Shown here in pieces: positions 9,873-19,926 of a stretch of DNA of 64,000 nucleotides (position 1 is the stretch's first letter; each line of letters begins with the position of its first letter). The stretch lies in IMG/VR virus record IMGVR_UViG_3300043449_002710, positions 62,001 through 126,000 of that record; one strand, 5' to 3'. The position numbers were made by a program, and so were the translations under genes. Under the pieces are notes generated by a model. That model was not told where the DNA came from. It searched no databases and was given only the letters and a program-made list of their open reading frames with translations.

Positions 9873-12800
9873 ATGCTCAGGACGCTGCTACATTTCAGAA
9901 ATTTTGATTCCACTCAAGACCTGAACTCCACGTTATCAGGTTTTTTCAAACGCGGGATCGTGACTGGTGGGGAAGTATTTCCCGTCCCCGGTGTATTGGC
10001 CGTGGATATCGCACCGTTCAAGCTCATCGGGCAAGACGGGATGGTGGTTCTTGAAACGAGCAACCTGACTCGCGTCTCAGTCGTGGCCGGTCAGACCAAT
10101 GTCGTTGTGTTTAAATCCAAGTACATCCCAAACTCGGCTCCGATTGCACAATTTCAGGTTTTGGAACTATCCGCTTATCAAGCTGATCCGGAGATTGCTT
10201 ATTTAACTGTTTTTGCTATCTTGGATCTTCCACCTGGAATCACTCAAGTCATTTCTTCTCAGATTGATTATTCCTCTCGGGACGTAATCGACGCGGTTTG
10301 TAGAATGACATTGAGGGGGGTTTTAGCTTCGACAAGCTTTTTGCCCCCCATTCATAATCGCCCAGGCGATGCTTACATCATCAATCAGAATCCCCCAGGC
10401 CTGCACGTTTGGGATGGGGTGAACTGGATCAACATCACCGACACTTCCGCTTTGATGGCGCTTCTGACCGCGCATATTCAAAACGCTCGAACCAACGAAA
10501 AGCATCTCACCGATCAGGAAAAAGAAGCGGCAGCCGGGACCTCGGGTTCTCCTTCTGACACCAATCGTTACGTGACAGATTTGGATGCACGTATCCCCAC
10601 GATTTTTCAGACCCAAGCTTTGGTGGGATTCCCGGGTTCTCCCTCCACGATCAATCCTTTTATCACCTCAGATTATTTTTTAGCTCAGCCTCAATCTAAG
10701 CAATTCACCGCTGCGCAGACGGTGCCTTATATTGAGCTGTATCCGAATGACGGGCCTTTTTTCATCGGCCTTGAAGATGTCACTTCGGTTAAAAAATATT
10801 TTAAACTTTATCACGCGACCGAATCTCGTGAATACGTCAATAGCTTAGGCGAAGCCGTCACGATCTCGGCCATCCAAAAGACCAATGGCTTGCCTGTCGA
10901 TCCTCTTTCCGACCCCACTGACAACAATGGATTTTATGCGGGTCAGTTGAATCTGGTTCTGACAGGAACGGTGGATCTTCCGGTTCGAGTGGTCTATGGC
11001 CAGAAAAAACCGTTTGCCAATATTTTAGATCCTTCCAAGAATTTGTTTAAGGGATCTTTACTGGTTCCTCAACCGGCCTCGGCTGAAATGAGCCAAGAGC
11101 TTTTAGTTCGGTTGAAAGATATTTCAGGCCGCTTGTTTGATGACCCCATGCAAACAGGCGAGAGCAACGTGGAGTTGAAAGACTCTGTCGATTGGCTTGA
11201 TTTGAGATTCACTCAGCTTAAGCTCATTGAAAATACAGGCAACGCAACCCGGGTGAATGTGACAGGCGTGGATGTGAACATGCCTGACTCCAAGCTTGAG
11301 ATCTCGGTTTTAAAAAATCTCCAAATCAACTTCTCAGGCTGTGAGATTCAATTCTCGGGCGGTAGCGCTGGGAATATCTACGAGTCTGACGGCGTTACTC
11401 TTCTTTCCACTTTCGCGGCGGTTACTCCGCCTGTGGGCGAGTATCAGTATTATTCGGTCAGCTTGCTCCCAGGATCTGCGGATTCCACCAACAGGCTTTC
11501 TCTTCAAGTTATTGTGGAGGCGGCTACCGCAGCGGGGGCTTCTCTCAATGCAGCGCCTAGGGCTTCGTTCATTGCAGGTGGTTGCCAGATCGGACAATTC
11601 GCCGTTCACAACAATGCGGGCACTGTGGAGTTGGCTCAGATCCTTCAAAACGGAATCGGCTCAGGATACCCGGGTGGAATCCTAGAGGCTCAGCCTTATG
11701 ACATTCCGCCAGCCGATGGGTTTCAAGCGATCGTCGTTGAAAAGTTTGAGCAGATTCCAACCGATACCAATAGCGGCGTGAAATCAACCAACGCCACTTA
11801 TGATCCGCTCAATCAGCTCTATCAGATCTCTTATGATCGAACCCCGACGATCACGACTTACGGAATTGATTTTACTTTAAGCGGAGCACCTAGCTTTGAA
11901 TTGAAAGTTGGGGATGTGGTTTTTGCGGCTGGCGTGATCCGAAAGATCGTTAGCGTTGATCCTTCTCAGACCGCAGGTCAGTTAGATGCGGTTTTCTCTC
12001 CCGATCTTTTTGGCGCTTTCTGTATGTTGAGCCAAGGCGTTTGGACCAAGGACTTGGTCAACTATGGCAAAGTTTCAGATGGAAATCTTTTCAGCTCCAT
12101 CTTTGGAGCTACCACGATCTCTAAGATCAATGTCTCCTATTTGGATTCGAAAGCTGCAGGCGATCCGGTTTATGACATTCAGTCCACAGCTTTAGTGGTC
12201 TGTGCGGCTTCCAATAGCGGCTTGATTTCAGATATAACTGATCCCAACAGCACTACCTACTCGCCTTACTATCAGCGTCCTTATGGGATGAATCAGATTT
12301 ATGATTACCCGCTGATTGAGAACGCCACTTCGCAAAGACTGCATCTGGCGTTTTTCGCTAACCCAAGCATTGTCCCGGCTAGCGGCAGTTGTAACCTGCT
12401 TGAGTATCAGTGCTCATTGTATGTGGATACTTTGGTCTACAATGGCGGGTTACTCAACTCGGCTTACTGTTTATCCGATGGGAGCGGTATTTCCAACAAT
12501 TGCTTACCACCGACAGTAGTAGGCGGAAAAACAAGACTTCAGTTGAATTTCCCATACGTCTTGCAATCGAACCCAGGTCAAGTGGGCTGCGATTTGGAAG
12601 TTTATTTGGATGGAAAGAAGATCCCACGGTACTACTCAGGCCTGACGGGCGCGTACTGGAAGGAGATCTCGACCACTACTAACACGATCGAATTTCACAC
12701 CGATCTCTCAGCTTCGGCTACTCCGATTCAAGTGGAGCGCAGGCAAGGTTACAACGACAGCAGCTTAGTCAATTCGTTAAGACTTTCCGCTATGGCTGAC

Positions 12801-13154
12801 GCGATTGTCGGATCAACCGTACAGAAGGCCTCGGGCTTGGCTACCCACGACTCCCTACAAGCCGCGCACGACGATACTCCAAGTGGCGGAAAGATTCTTT
12901 TCTTGAATCAAACGATTGTTGAAAACTTCAACTGGACCAAATCGGGAATCACAATCGAAGGCAAAGGCTACGGCAGCGTCTTGCAAGGCAACCTAACCAT
13001 GTCGGCAAGCTCGTGCATGGCGCTTGGGTTTAAAGTGGGTGGTGACATTAACTTGGCCGGAAGCAATGACAGTTTCTTCAGGCTCTGGATGGGTTCAAGC
13101 GGAACTTTCACCCCAGGCGGGGGTGGCAACCGTGTCGATATTATCGCAGAATAA
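9873..13154 (+). CDS. long tail fibre / receptor-binding protein
   Basis: 1093 aa, beta-rich; N-terminal G..V......LAVDIAP anchor motif; C-terminal beta-helix-like segment. Confidence 0.7.
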   Translation: MLRTLLHFRNFDSTQDLNSTLSGFFKRGIVTGGEVFPVPGVLAVDIAPFKLIGQDGMVVLETSNLTRVSVVAGQTNVVVFKSKYIPNSAPIAQFQVLELSAYQADPEIAYLTVFAILDLPPGITQVISSQIDYSSRDVIDAVCRMTLRGVLASTSFLPPIHNRPGDAYIINQNPPGLHVWDGVNWINITDTSALMALLTAHIQNARTNEKHLTDQEKEAAAGTSGSPSDTNRYVTDLDARIPTIFQTQALVGFPGSPSTINPFITSDYFLAQPQSKQFTAAQTVPYIELYPNDGPFFIGLEDVTSVKKYFKLYHATESREYVNSLGEAVTISAIQKTNGLPVDPLSDPTDNNGFYAGQLNLVLTGTVDLPVRVVYGQKKPFANILDPSKNLFKGSLLVPQPASAEMSQELLVRLKDISGRLFDDPMQTGESNVELKDSVDWLDLRFTQLKLIENTGNATRVNVTGVDVNMPDSKLEISVLKNLQINFSGCEIQFSGGSAGNIYESDGVTLLSTFAAVTPPVGEYQYYSVSLLPGSADSTNRLSLQVIVEAATAAGASLNAAPRASFIAGGCQIGQFAVHNNAGTVELAQILQNGIGSGYPGGILEAQPYDIPPADGFQAIVVEKFEQIPTDTNSGVKSTNATYDPLNQLYQISYDRTPTITTYGIDFTLSGAPSFELKVGDVVFAAGVIRKIVSVDPSQTAGQLDAVFSPDLFGAFCMLSQGVWTKDLVNYGKVSDGNLFSSIFGATTISKINVSYLDSKAAGDPVYDIQSTALVVCAASNSGLISDITDPNSTTYSPYYQRPYGMNQIYDYPLIENATSQRLHLAFFANPSIVPASGSCNLLEYQCSLYVDTLVYNGGLLNSAYCLSDGSGISNNCLPPTVVGGKTRLQLNFPYVLQSNPGQVGCDLEVYLDGKKIPRYYSGLTGAYWKEISTTTNTIEFHTDLSASATPIQVERRQGYNDSSLVNSLRLSAMADAIVGSTVQKASGLATHDSLQAAHDDTPSGGKILFLNQTIVENFNWTKSGITIEGKGYGSVLQGNLTMSASSCMALGFKVGGDINLAGSNDSFFRLWMGSSGTFTPGGGGNRVDIIAE

Positions 13155-13721
13155 TTGAGGTGGCTTGTGGGGAGATTAATTTCATCAACAGTTCCAACGG
13201 GGACAGTCAAAGCGTACTCAGGCACCACAGCCCCTCCTGGCTATTTACTTTGCGATGGATCTTTGCAAGGCACGACCCTTTACCCTGAGTTATTTGCCGT
13301 TATCCAATATAAGTATGGTGGCTCAGGTCTCAATTTCAGAGTTCCAGATTTAAAAGGCCGCGTGGTTGTCGGTAAGGATGACATGGGCGGTATTGCTGCT
13401 AATCGTATAACTGTATTAGGTTCTGGAATCAATGGAACACAGCTTGCGGCAAGTGGTGGATCGGAAACTCACGTTTTAACCACAGCCGAACTTCCAGCTC
13501 ACGATCACACAGCATCTGCAACGATCACCTATGCAGCCATGCAGTCTGCGGTTACTGCAGTTGTTCCTTTGATTAAATTTGCAGTCGAATCAGGAACCTC
13601 GGGGACGGTAGGCACAATTGCTTCTGACAGTGCGAGTATTGATATTGCCGATACCGGAAGCAATCAGGCGCACTCTAGCACTCAGCCATCCATGATAATG
13701 AACTACATTATCAAGTATTGA
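13155..13721 (+). CDS. phage tail collar domain protein
   Basis: PTGTVKAYSG...PPGYLLCDGS......YPELFAVI...YGG....F.VPDL.GRVVVG and GGSETH.LT..ELPAH.H, QPS...NYIIKY. Confidence 0.9.
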   Translation: MRWLVGRLISSTVPTGTVKAYSGTTAPPGYLLCDGSLQGTTLYPELFAVIQYKYGGSGLNFRVPDLKGRVVVGKDDMGGIAANRITVLGSGINGTQLAASGGSETHVLTTAELPAHDHTASATITYAAMQSAVTAVVPLIKFAVESGTSGTVGTIASDSASIDIADTGSNQAHSSTQPSMIMNYIIKY

Positions 13722-13733
13722 GGAGATTTTTTC

Positions 13734-14543
13734 ATGCCTAAGCTAACCCAACTTGATAGTAAAAGATTGATCAGACAAAGGCAGCAGATGCCTTTTAACG
13801 TCTTGCCGAAACAAAGCGTGGATGCGGCTCAGTTATCTCGTTCGGCGATAGCTTACTTGATGCAAGCCGATGCAATTGTAGGAACAAGTATTGAAGTGGC
13901 AAATGGCTTTGCCAACTATACCAACTTGACTGATGCTTATAACGACACCCCAGCCGGTGGTACGATCGTCATTACCAAAGACGTAACCTTGTCTGATAGC
14001 TTGACTATCTCCAAGCAGATCAGTGTTTTTGGTTTTGGCATCAGCTCCAAGCTCAGCGGTTCGATCACGGTTGCTACCAACAGCACTTACTGGACAGGGG
14101 TGAACTTCACAGGAACCCTGAACCATAACGCGGGGACCAACAACAACGTCTACAACGATTGCTTTTTTACAGCAGACCCCAGATTGACGGATTCTGGATT
14201 TTTAAATCACTTTAGCGGAAATATTCCTTTTGAGCAGACTGAGTATAATAACGGAACGATTAACACCGCCACTTTGACAATTGGCTGGGAAAGGTCCCAC
14301 AACCAAAGGCTGACTACTGGATCTACCAACATTACGAGCTTAACTTTCTCGAACGGGATTCCTGGGGCAAGTTACTTGTTGAAAGTGATTCAAGGGGCCA
14401 CGCCTCGAAGCATCACTTGGCCAGCAAGTGTCAGGTGGCCTTATTCCCTTCCTCCGATTTTGAGCGGCGCAGGTAAAATCGATTTAGTGACCTTTTATTA
14501 CGATGGGACCAATTATTTCGGAAGCTTTGTTACAGGCTATTAA
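13734..14543 (+). CDS. tail fibre protein
   Basis: DAIVG...beta-helix segment shared with 9873 gene; C-terminal LTFSN...GASY.L.V.Q...RSITWP.SV.W...P.LS....D.VTF domain typical of phage fibres. Confidence 0.75.
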   Translation: MPKLTQLDSKRLIRQRQQMPFNVLPKQSVDAAQLSRSAIAYLMQADAIVGTSIEVANGFANYTNLTDAYNDTPAGGTIVITKDVTLSDSLTISKQISVFGFGISSKLSGSITVATNSTYWTGVNFTGTLNHNAGTNNNVYNDCFFTADPRLTDSGFLNHFSGNIPFEQTEYNNGTINTATLTIGWERSHNQRLTTGSTNITSLTFSNGIPGASYLLKVIQGATPRSITWPASVRWPYSLPPILSGAGKIDLVTFYYDGTNYFGSFVTGY

Positions 14544-14551
14544 GGATTGAT

Positions 14552-15586
14552 ATGCCTTTACCGTTTTTCATGCTGACAAAACCTTCTTGGCCTTACGGAT
14601 CGATGGGCCATCTTGTGGTTTCGAATGGTCAAACTGTTACCTTATCCAACGGAACAGTTTATGATTATGCTAGTGTAACTGTTGATGCTGGTGGGATACT
14701 TCAATTTTCAGGTTCTGGATTTGCTTTTTTGGGTGTCAGCGGAAATTTGGTTGTCAACGGAACTATAAAAGCTTTTTTCGATGTCCCTGGTGGTTATACG
14801 CAAACAGTATCTGGTCCAAATTCTATTGGGGTTTTAAATACCGCCTTGGGTGAATCTCTTTCTTTTACTCTGCCTACGCAAACGGGCGGAAAAGGTGGAT
14901 ATGGTCCTTACATGATCTATGGGGATTGGTCCAATAATGGTGGATCACGCGGAAATCAAAACTCTGGACATGGTGGTGGCGGTGGTGGTTCTGCTTATTA
15001 CTACCATGAAGTGGATGGTGGGAGTGATTATTATTCTGTAGGGGGTATAGATAATAAAGTAGCCAAAGGTCCAGATGGATTAGATGCAACTGCTGCAGGT
15101 CCTGGGGGTCGTGCTAAAATAGCTAAATATAATAATGGTTGGGGAAATCCTCCTATTTCTAGCTATTACGATCAAGGCTATGGTGGGGCAGGTGGTGCGC
15201 GTGGAATTCATGGTGGGGCCATTTACATAAAAGTTGGCGGACTTTTATCGGGGTCTGGTGCAGTAATAGCCGATGGAAGTAATGGCGCTGATGGCGAGAG
15301 TGGTGGTGGTGCTAGCTCTTTGTATCCAGACGATACAGATCCAGATGATAGCACTGGCTTGCACTCGAAGGCCGGTGGTGCCGGTGGTGGCGGCGCTGGG
15401 GGTTCTGGTGGGGTTATTGCTGTGAAAGTTAGAAGTGGATTTTCTTACGGGCCAGGTTTTGTTCTTTCTTTTAGATTTTCAGCAAATGGTGTTCTTTTCG
15501 CAGCAAGAGCAGGTACGGCAGGGGCTAGCCCGGCTAGCGATGCAGTAGCAGGTGTTGTAGGTTCTACGACTATCGCTAATTATTAA
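14552..15586 (+). CDS. glycine-rich virion/fibre-associated protein
   Basis: GGGGG and GAGGAGGGGAGGSGG tracts; directly follows a fibre gene. Confidence 0.65.
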   Translation: MPLPFFMLTKPSWPYGSMGHLVVSNGQTVTLSNGTVYDYASVTVDAGGILQFSGSGFAFLGVSGNLVVNGTIKAFFDVPGGYTQTVSGPNSIGVLNTALGESLSFTLPTQTGGKGGYGPYMIYGDWSNNGGSRGNQNSGHGGGGGGSAYYYHEVDGGSDYYSVGGIDNKVAKGPDGLDATAAGPGGRAKIAKYNNGWGNPPISSYYDQGYGGAGGARGIHGGAIYIKVGGLLSGSGAVIADGSNGADGESGGGASSLYPDDTDPDDSTGLHSKAGGAGGGGAGGSGGVIAVKVRSGFSYGPGFVLSFRFSANGVLFAARAGTAGASPASDAVAGVVGSTTIANY

Positions 15587-15618
15587 GTTTCATTCTAGGA
15601 ATGAATGGAGGGACGAAT

Positions 15619-16044
15619 ATGGAAATGGGTCAATTGTTAGCGCAGGTTTTGGATTTTTTTAATCACTTTGGAGATATGCCACTGCCTGGAAAAATCTCAG
15701 GTTTGGTTTTGCTTCTCCTCTCGCTTTGGAAGACTTCTTTCTTGCAGCCCTATTGGAAACAATTGGGTGCTTGGAGAGCCTTGGTTCCTCCGGTCTTAGG
15801 CATCATCTTGGCTTTGGTTAACGTAAGACCATTGACTCTTGAAACTCTCGCTCAGTCCGCCATGGGTGGAGCCTTGGCGATTGCCTTGCACGAGATGTTT
15901 ACCACCGTGAAATCCATCCCAGGATTAGGTGGGTTTTACGTCCGACTGATCAATGCAGTGGAAGCTTTCTTGCGTTCGCCTAACGCTATTCAGGCTCAAG
16001 CAGTTGCAGCCAACGCAGAAGAACCTAAAAAACTCGAAGGCTAA
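15619..16044 (+). CDS. multi-TM membrane protein (holin candidate)
   Basis: About three hydrophobic segments; GGAGGG RBS before ATG 15619. Confidence 0.5.
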   Translation: MEMGQLLAQVLDFFNHFGDMPLPGKISGLVLLLLSLWKTSFLQPYWKQLGAWRALVPPVLGIILALVNVRPLTLETLAQSAMGGALAIALHEMFTTVKSIPGLGGFYVRLINAVEAFLRSPNAIQAQAVAANAEEPKKLEG

Positions 16045-16066
16045 TTTTTAGATTTCCTTCTCGGAG

Positions 16067-16103
16067 ACAAAGGCCACCCCTCAAAAGGTGGCCTTTGTTT
16101 TTT
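16067..16103 (+). terminator. Rho-independent terminator
   Basis: ACAAAGGCCACC / GGTGGCCTTTGT 12-bp stem followed by a T run. Confidence 0.85.
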
Positions 16104-16136
16104 GACTGAATTGGTAAAATCTTAAAAGGAGCGGCT

Positions 16137-17006
16137 ATGCGAAAAATCGGGCTTATCTCTTTTCTTTTCTTAATTTCTTCATGCACTTCATTTCAGCTAC
16201 GCCCAGATCCAGCGCCAAGCCCGATTGATCCGAATATTTCCCAAGCTCGGTTGGAATTCCAAGGCTGCCGAGCAGAAGATTCTCAGATCGGAACGATTGC
16301 GTGTCTGCCTGGGGATAAGCTTTCGATCGTCACTGAATTTCCAGGCACTGTGATTTATTTTTCTTCAGGCGATAAATGCTCTGTGCGAGTCGAAGCTCGG
16401 GCTACACTTCCTAAAACTGAAATTCAATTGCCCACTTTCGATTCCATCTGCCCTTTGGTAGTCTACTACCTTCCTGACTACCCTAAGGCTTCAAGTTCAG
16501 TTTATCCGATCAAAGGGCTTTTCGGAGAAGTCTCTCTTCAGCCTGACTCCAAATACGAACCGTTTGGGAACTTCTCGATCACGACAAGCGAGATTTTAAA
16601 GATTCAATTCCCAAACGCTGTCAGAGGCGCTTTCATCTCTAGGCAGCTCAGTAACCCGCAAACTTTTGAAGGCGATACCTTGGCTATGAAACCCGCTCTG
16701 GTGGGCTTGGATCTGATTCAAGTGAAGCTTTGGATGGCCGATGGAAGCAATCAGTTCAAAGTGGTGCCGGGGAATTTCTTCTCGCCCTTTGCGCTTCAGA
16801 TTCTTTTTGATCCGGTTTTAAAACCTAAGAAACTAGAAATCACTTTCCCAGAAGTGGTTTCGATTGTGACCGTCAATCATGAGATCCACACTGAGCTTAA
16901 GCTTAAGCTTGAGCCTGATTTCACAGGCGAGATCAGAGCCTATACCGTTCAAGGCAGAACGCTTTTAGCGAAGTATTCGAAGGGAGTATTACAATGGGTC
17001 CGCTAG
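16137..17006 (+). CDS. putative lipoprotein
   Basis: MRK + hydrophobic stretch + LISSC lipobox; additional Cys residues. Confidence 0.65.
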   Translation: MRKIGLISFLFLISSCTSFQLRPDPAPSPIDPNISQARLEFQGCRAEDSQIGTIACLPGDKLSIVTEFPGTVIYFSSGDKCSVRVEARATLPKTEIQLPTFDSICPLVVYYLPDYPKASSSVYPIKGLFGEVSLQPDSKYEPFGNFSITTSEILKIQFPNAVRGAFISRQLSNPQTFEGDTLAMKPALVGLDLIQVKLWMADGSNQFKVVPGNFFSPFALQILFDPVLKPKKLEITFPEVVSIVTVNHEIHTELKLKLEPDFTGEIRAYTVQGRTLLAKYSKGVLQWVR

Positions 17007-17380
17007 GTTTTCTTTTTTGGGTGTCTCCTACCGCTTCTCCTAGCCCTTTAGTTTCTCCAACTCCGCTTCCAAGCCCTGAAGTGGTTTCCTCTTCATCGAG
17101 TCTGCTCGATTCGACGATCATCGCCAAGCTTGTGTTGTCGGCTCTGACTGGGGTGATCGGGAACCCCATCGTGGGCGGCCCGGTGATGATTGCCGTGATG
17201 GGCCTCATCTATTACGCTTGGACTTATATTAAAAAGCAGCTTCGCGACATGGAAGTCAAAAGGGCCAAGGATCAGACTTTAGAAGGCCAAGAAGACTTTA
17301 TTCGCAACCAAGTCACTCAAAACAAAAACAATACAGAAAAGGATAATGAGGGAAGAGATCAGCTCGAAAAGATGCCCTGA
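16994..17380 (+). CDS. membrane protein with Pro/Ser-rich N-terminus and charged C-terminal tail
   Basis: Central hydrophobic segment; overlaps the lipoprotein gene end. Confidence 0.6.
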   Translation: MGPLGFLFWVSPTASPSPLVSPTPLPSPEVVSSSSSLLDSTIIAKLVLSALTGVIGNPIVGGPVMIAVMGLIYYAWTYIKKQLRDMEVKRAKDQTLEGQEDFIRNQVTQNKNNTEKDNEGRDQLEKMP

Positions 17381-17406
17381 TCTTAATTCTCTATTATTTT
17401 TACTTC

Positions 17407-17877
17407 ATGGCGTATATTTACACCTCTCCGTCCGACAGCATTCAGGCCTACTTAACTGATTACGCCCGTCAACTTATTGCACGCGCCACCATCGGCGAGG
17501 TGGTTTATCAGGTTGTGGGTTTTTCGGTCGGCAGGGGTGGGTACGATATTTATGATCCTGTTTTAGTTGAGCCTGTGGACACAGCAGCTCAAACTTTGGA
17601 GGATCAAGTATTCCCAGACGCGATCAATTATGCGCCGTTTGCCGCCATCGAACAGCCTACAACAACTTCTGTCATGTATGCGTGTAGGCTTCCTAGCACA
17701 CCTGCTCCGACCAACGCGGATTATGGATTAGGTGAACTTGGGGTCTGGGGTAAAATTCTCGTCTCCAACGTTCCTTCTGAGGTGAATGCTACGTTCTTGT
17801 TTGCGGCAGCGCACTTTCCGATCCGTGCCAAAACTTACCGTGATGCTTGGCTTCTTCGCGCCGTGGTGCAATTTTGA
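17407..17877 (+). CDS. tail-collar/fibre attachment-like protein, paralogue of 9412..9861
   Basis: LTDYARQLIA....G.V.YQVVGFSVGRGG...LGELGVWG...FLFA..HFP...KT aligns with the 9412 product. Confidence 0.55.
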   Translation: MAYIYTSPSDSIQAYLTDYARQLIARATIGEVVYQVVGFSVGRGGYDIYDPVLVEPVDTAAQTLEDQVFPDAINYAPFAAIEQPTTTSVMYACRLPSTPAPTNADYGLGELGVWGKILVSNVPSEVNATFLFAAAHFPIRAKTYRDAWLLRAVVQF

Positions 17878-17883
17878 GGAGGC

Positions 17884-19407
17884 TTGATGGGTAAGTATGC
17901 CGAGATCCTCAAGCTTTTAGAGAAATCGGTCCCAGAATACACTTCTTTGAAAGTCGTGCCTCGGGGGGCTCCTGTTTTCCCTGACCTTTTGATGTCAGGG
18001 GAACTTCGCTTTGGCCGTAGGCTTGGGGCTAATTTCTCGGTCATCAATCCTGACAATCAGGTCACGCTGGCTAAAGACGCCATGATTGATGAGCAGGTTT
18101 TAACCTTGTCTCGAATCCTTCCTTGGTTTGAAGCGGGTGCTTTGGTGAGCTTCAACGAAGTCGAGATGATGGAGATTCAGGATTGGGACCCGAGTCAGAA
18201 TACCTTGGTGGTCTCAAGTCCATTGAGCGCCAATAGGCCTTCTGGAACCAAGCTGACTCTTTGGGCAACCCCGTTAACCGTTCATGTGACCGCTGCCTTA
18301 GGGGATGAACAAGTTTTAGTCCGCTCGCGTTACAATCTGTTGAATGGAGATGTGCTGACGTTTCCGGTCAATGAGCTTCTTTCGAGTTTGACCCAACGAG
18401 AAGTGACTTTGGCTGAGTATGCCGGAAACTCTGGGGACTCCGAGTTTCCCCATCTTTACTTACTGCATTTAGATAGCGCCTTACCGATTGAGCTGAGAAC
18501 GACTTCGCGGATTTATCTCAGGGCATACCCAGGCTATTTGTCGAAGGTTCTCAAAGTCCCTAAATTGAAGTTTGCTCAAATGGGCCCTTTCCTTTTGGAC
18601 TATGTGGCAAGTCCTTTGGACTCTATCCCAAGTTACAAAGAAGTTTTCAGCATTCGAACCTTCAACACCGTATCTGTTCCGATCGAAGGTGCGGTCGATA
18701 GCTTAGTCACGGTTCAAAAAAACCATCCTGTGCCACAGCGCCCGATCACCGCTGATAATATGGTTTTTTGGCAGGTCGTTCGAGGCTCGGGAGGCTTTGC
18801 CACTCCGAATCTCTATCGGATGATTTCTGACAAGTACGGCAAGGCGAAAGTCTATACTCGACTGGTGCCGAGCCTCCCTGCAGGCCATAGTTGGAAGCTC
18901 AAAGTCAGGCCTCAAGCCAACGGGCTATTAAGATTTAGAACTTTTCCTAGCGGGACTTTTCAAGACTTTGTCTTACAAGACCATGTCACACAGCAGGTGA
19001 CTTTGACGATTCCACCTGGGGATAACTCTGACCGGATTGAAATCCTCGTGCGGCTAGACACTCCTAGAAAAGAAGTGACTTTGTCGGATGCCAACTACGT
19101 GGGTGAGATCGTCTCGAACTTTCAATACGGCTTGGTACTGAAAGTTATCGGCCAAACCAATTATCAGTCTACTAGCGTTATTTTAAAACCCTATTTCCTA
19201 TCGTTCTCGGATGTCACTGGTAACTACAGTGAAGGAGAAAAATATAATAGCGGGATGATCTACGGCTTTGAAAACGGGTTCAAGCCCTTGAAAGTTACCC
19301 CCATGGGCAACTACCAGAGTCCGGTCCTTCCTCCGGTTTATTTCTCTTTTGATGACCTGCCAGATCCTTATTCTGGTGGATTCGATGTGGGTCAATTTTT
19401 TGAGTAA
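17884..19407 (+). CDS. virion structural protein (hypothetical)
   Basis: 507-aa beta-rich ORF within the tail operon. Confidence 0.6.
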   Translation: MMGKYAEILKLLEKSVPEYTSLKVVPRGAPVFPDLLMSGELRFGRRLGANFSVINPDNQVTLAKDAMIDEQVLTLSRILPWFEAGALVSFNEVEMMEIQDWDPSQNTLVVSSPLSANRPSGTKLTLWATPLTVHVTAALGDEQVLVRSRYNLLNGDVLTFPVNELLSSLTQREVTLAEYAGNSGDSEFPHLYLLHLDSALPIELRTTSRIYLRAYPGYLSKVLKVPKLKFAQMGPFLLDYVASPLDSIPSYKEVFSIRTFNTVSVPIEGAVDSLVTVQKNHPVPQRPITADNMVFWQVVRGSGGFATPNLYRMISDKYGKAKVYTRLVPSLPAGHSWKLKVRPQANGLLRFRTFPSGTFQDFVLQDHVTQQVTLTIPPGDNSDRIEILVRLDTPRKEVTLSDANYVGEIVSNFQYGLVLKVIGQTNYQSTSVILKPYFLSFSDVTGNYSEGEKYNSGMIYGFENGFKPLKVTPMGNYQSPVLPPVYFSFDDLPDPYSGGFDVGQFFE

Positions 19408-19416
19408 GGTAAAACT

Positions 19417-19911
19417 ATGGCGAAACCGATTTCTAAACCAGACTGGACAGCAAGCAACTCAATTGAACCATCGCCAGAGAAGAAAGCTGCGGGTTGGGGA
19501 ATTGGTGAAAAACCTTACTCTACCCACTTCAACTGGCTTTTTAAAAATGTCTCCGAGTGGGTAGACTACTTAGATACAGATGTCGGCGACATGATCGCGG
19601 AGGAATACTCACGTGCTCTTGCCGCAGAAACCACTTTGTCACAAAACGTTTCAGATCTATCTCAAAGTGTTGTGGAAGAGACCTCTCGCGCTTTAGTTGC
19701 CGAGCAATCTTTGAGTGCTCGAATCGATAGTGGTGGCGGCGGTGGGTCGGTAATCGAATCGGGTTTCGTTTTGCCCACAGTGGATTCTTCCTACAGAGGG
19801 AAGTTTTTCTTGGTTAAAGGCAGCCCTGGGGTTCCAGACACGCTTTACTTTTGCGCCAAGGATTACCTTGACGCATACAAATGGTTTGAAGTCGTTTTGA
19901 TGAATGTTTAA
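19417..19911 (+). CDS. short tail-fibre-like protein
   Basis: KPDW....EPS..K.A.GW..GEKP....FNWLF N-terminus typical of fibre anchors; coiled-coil middle; LPT.D..YRGK...V.G..GV.D.LY.C C-terminus. Confidence 0.65.
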   Translation: MAKPISKPDWTASNSIEPSPEKKAAGWGIGEKPYSTHFNWLFKNVSEWVDYLDTDVGDMIAEEYSRALAAETTLSQNVSDLSQSVVEETSRALVAEQSLSARIDSGGGGGSVIESGFVLPTVDSSYRGKFFLVKGSPGVPDTLYFCAKDYLDAYKWFEVVLMNV

Positions 19912-19926
19912 TGGAGCTGAGAGAAC

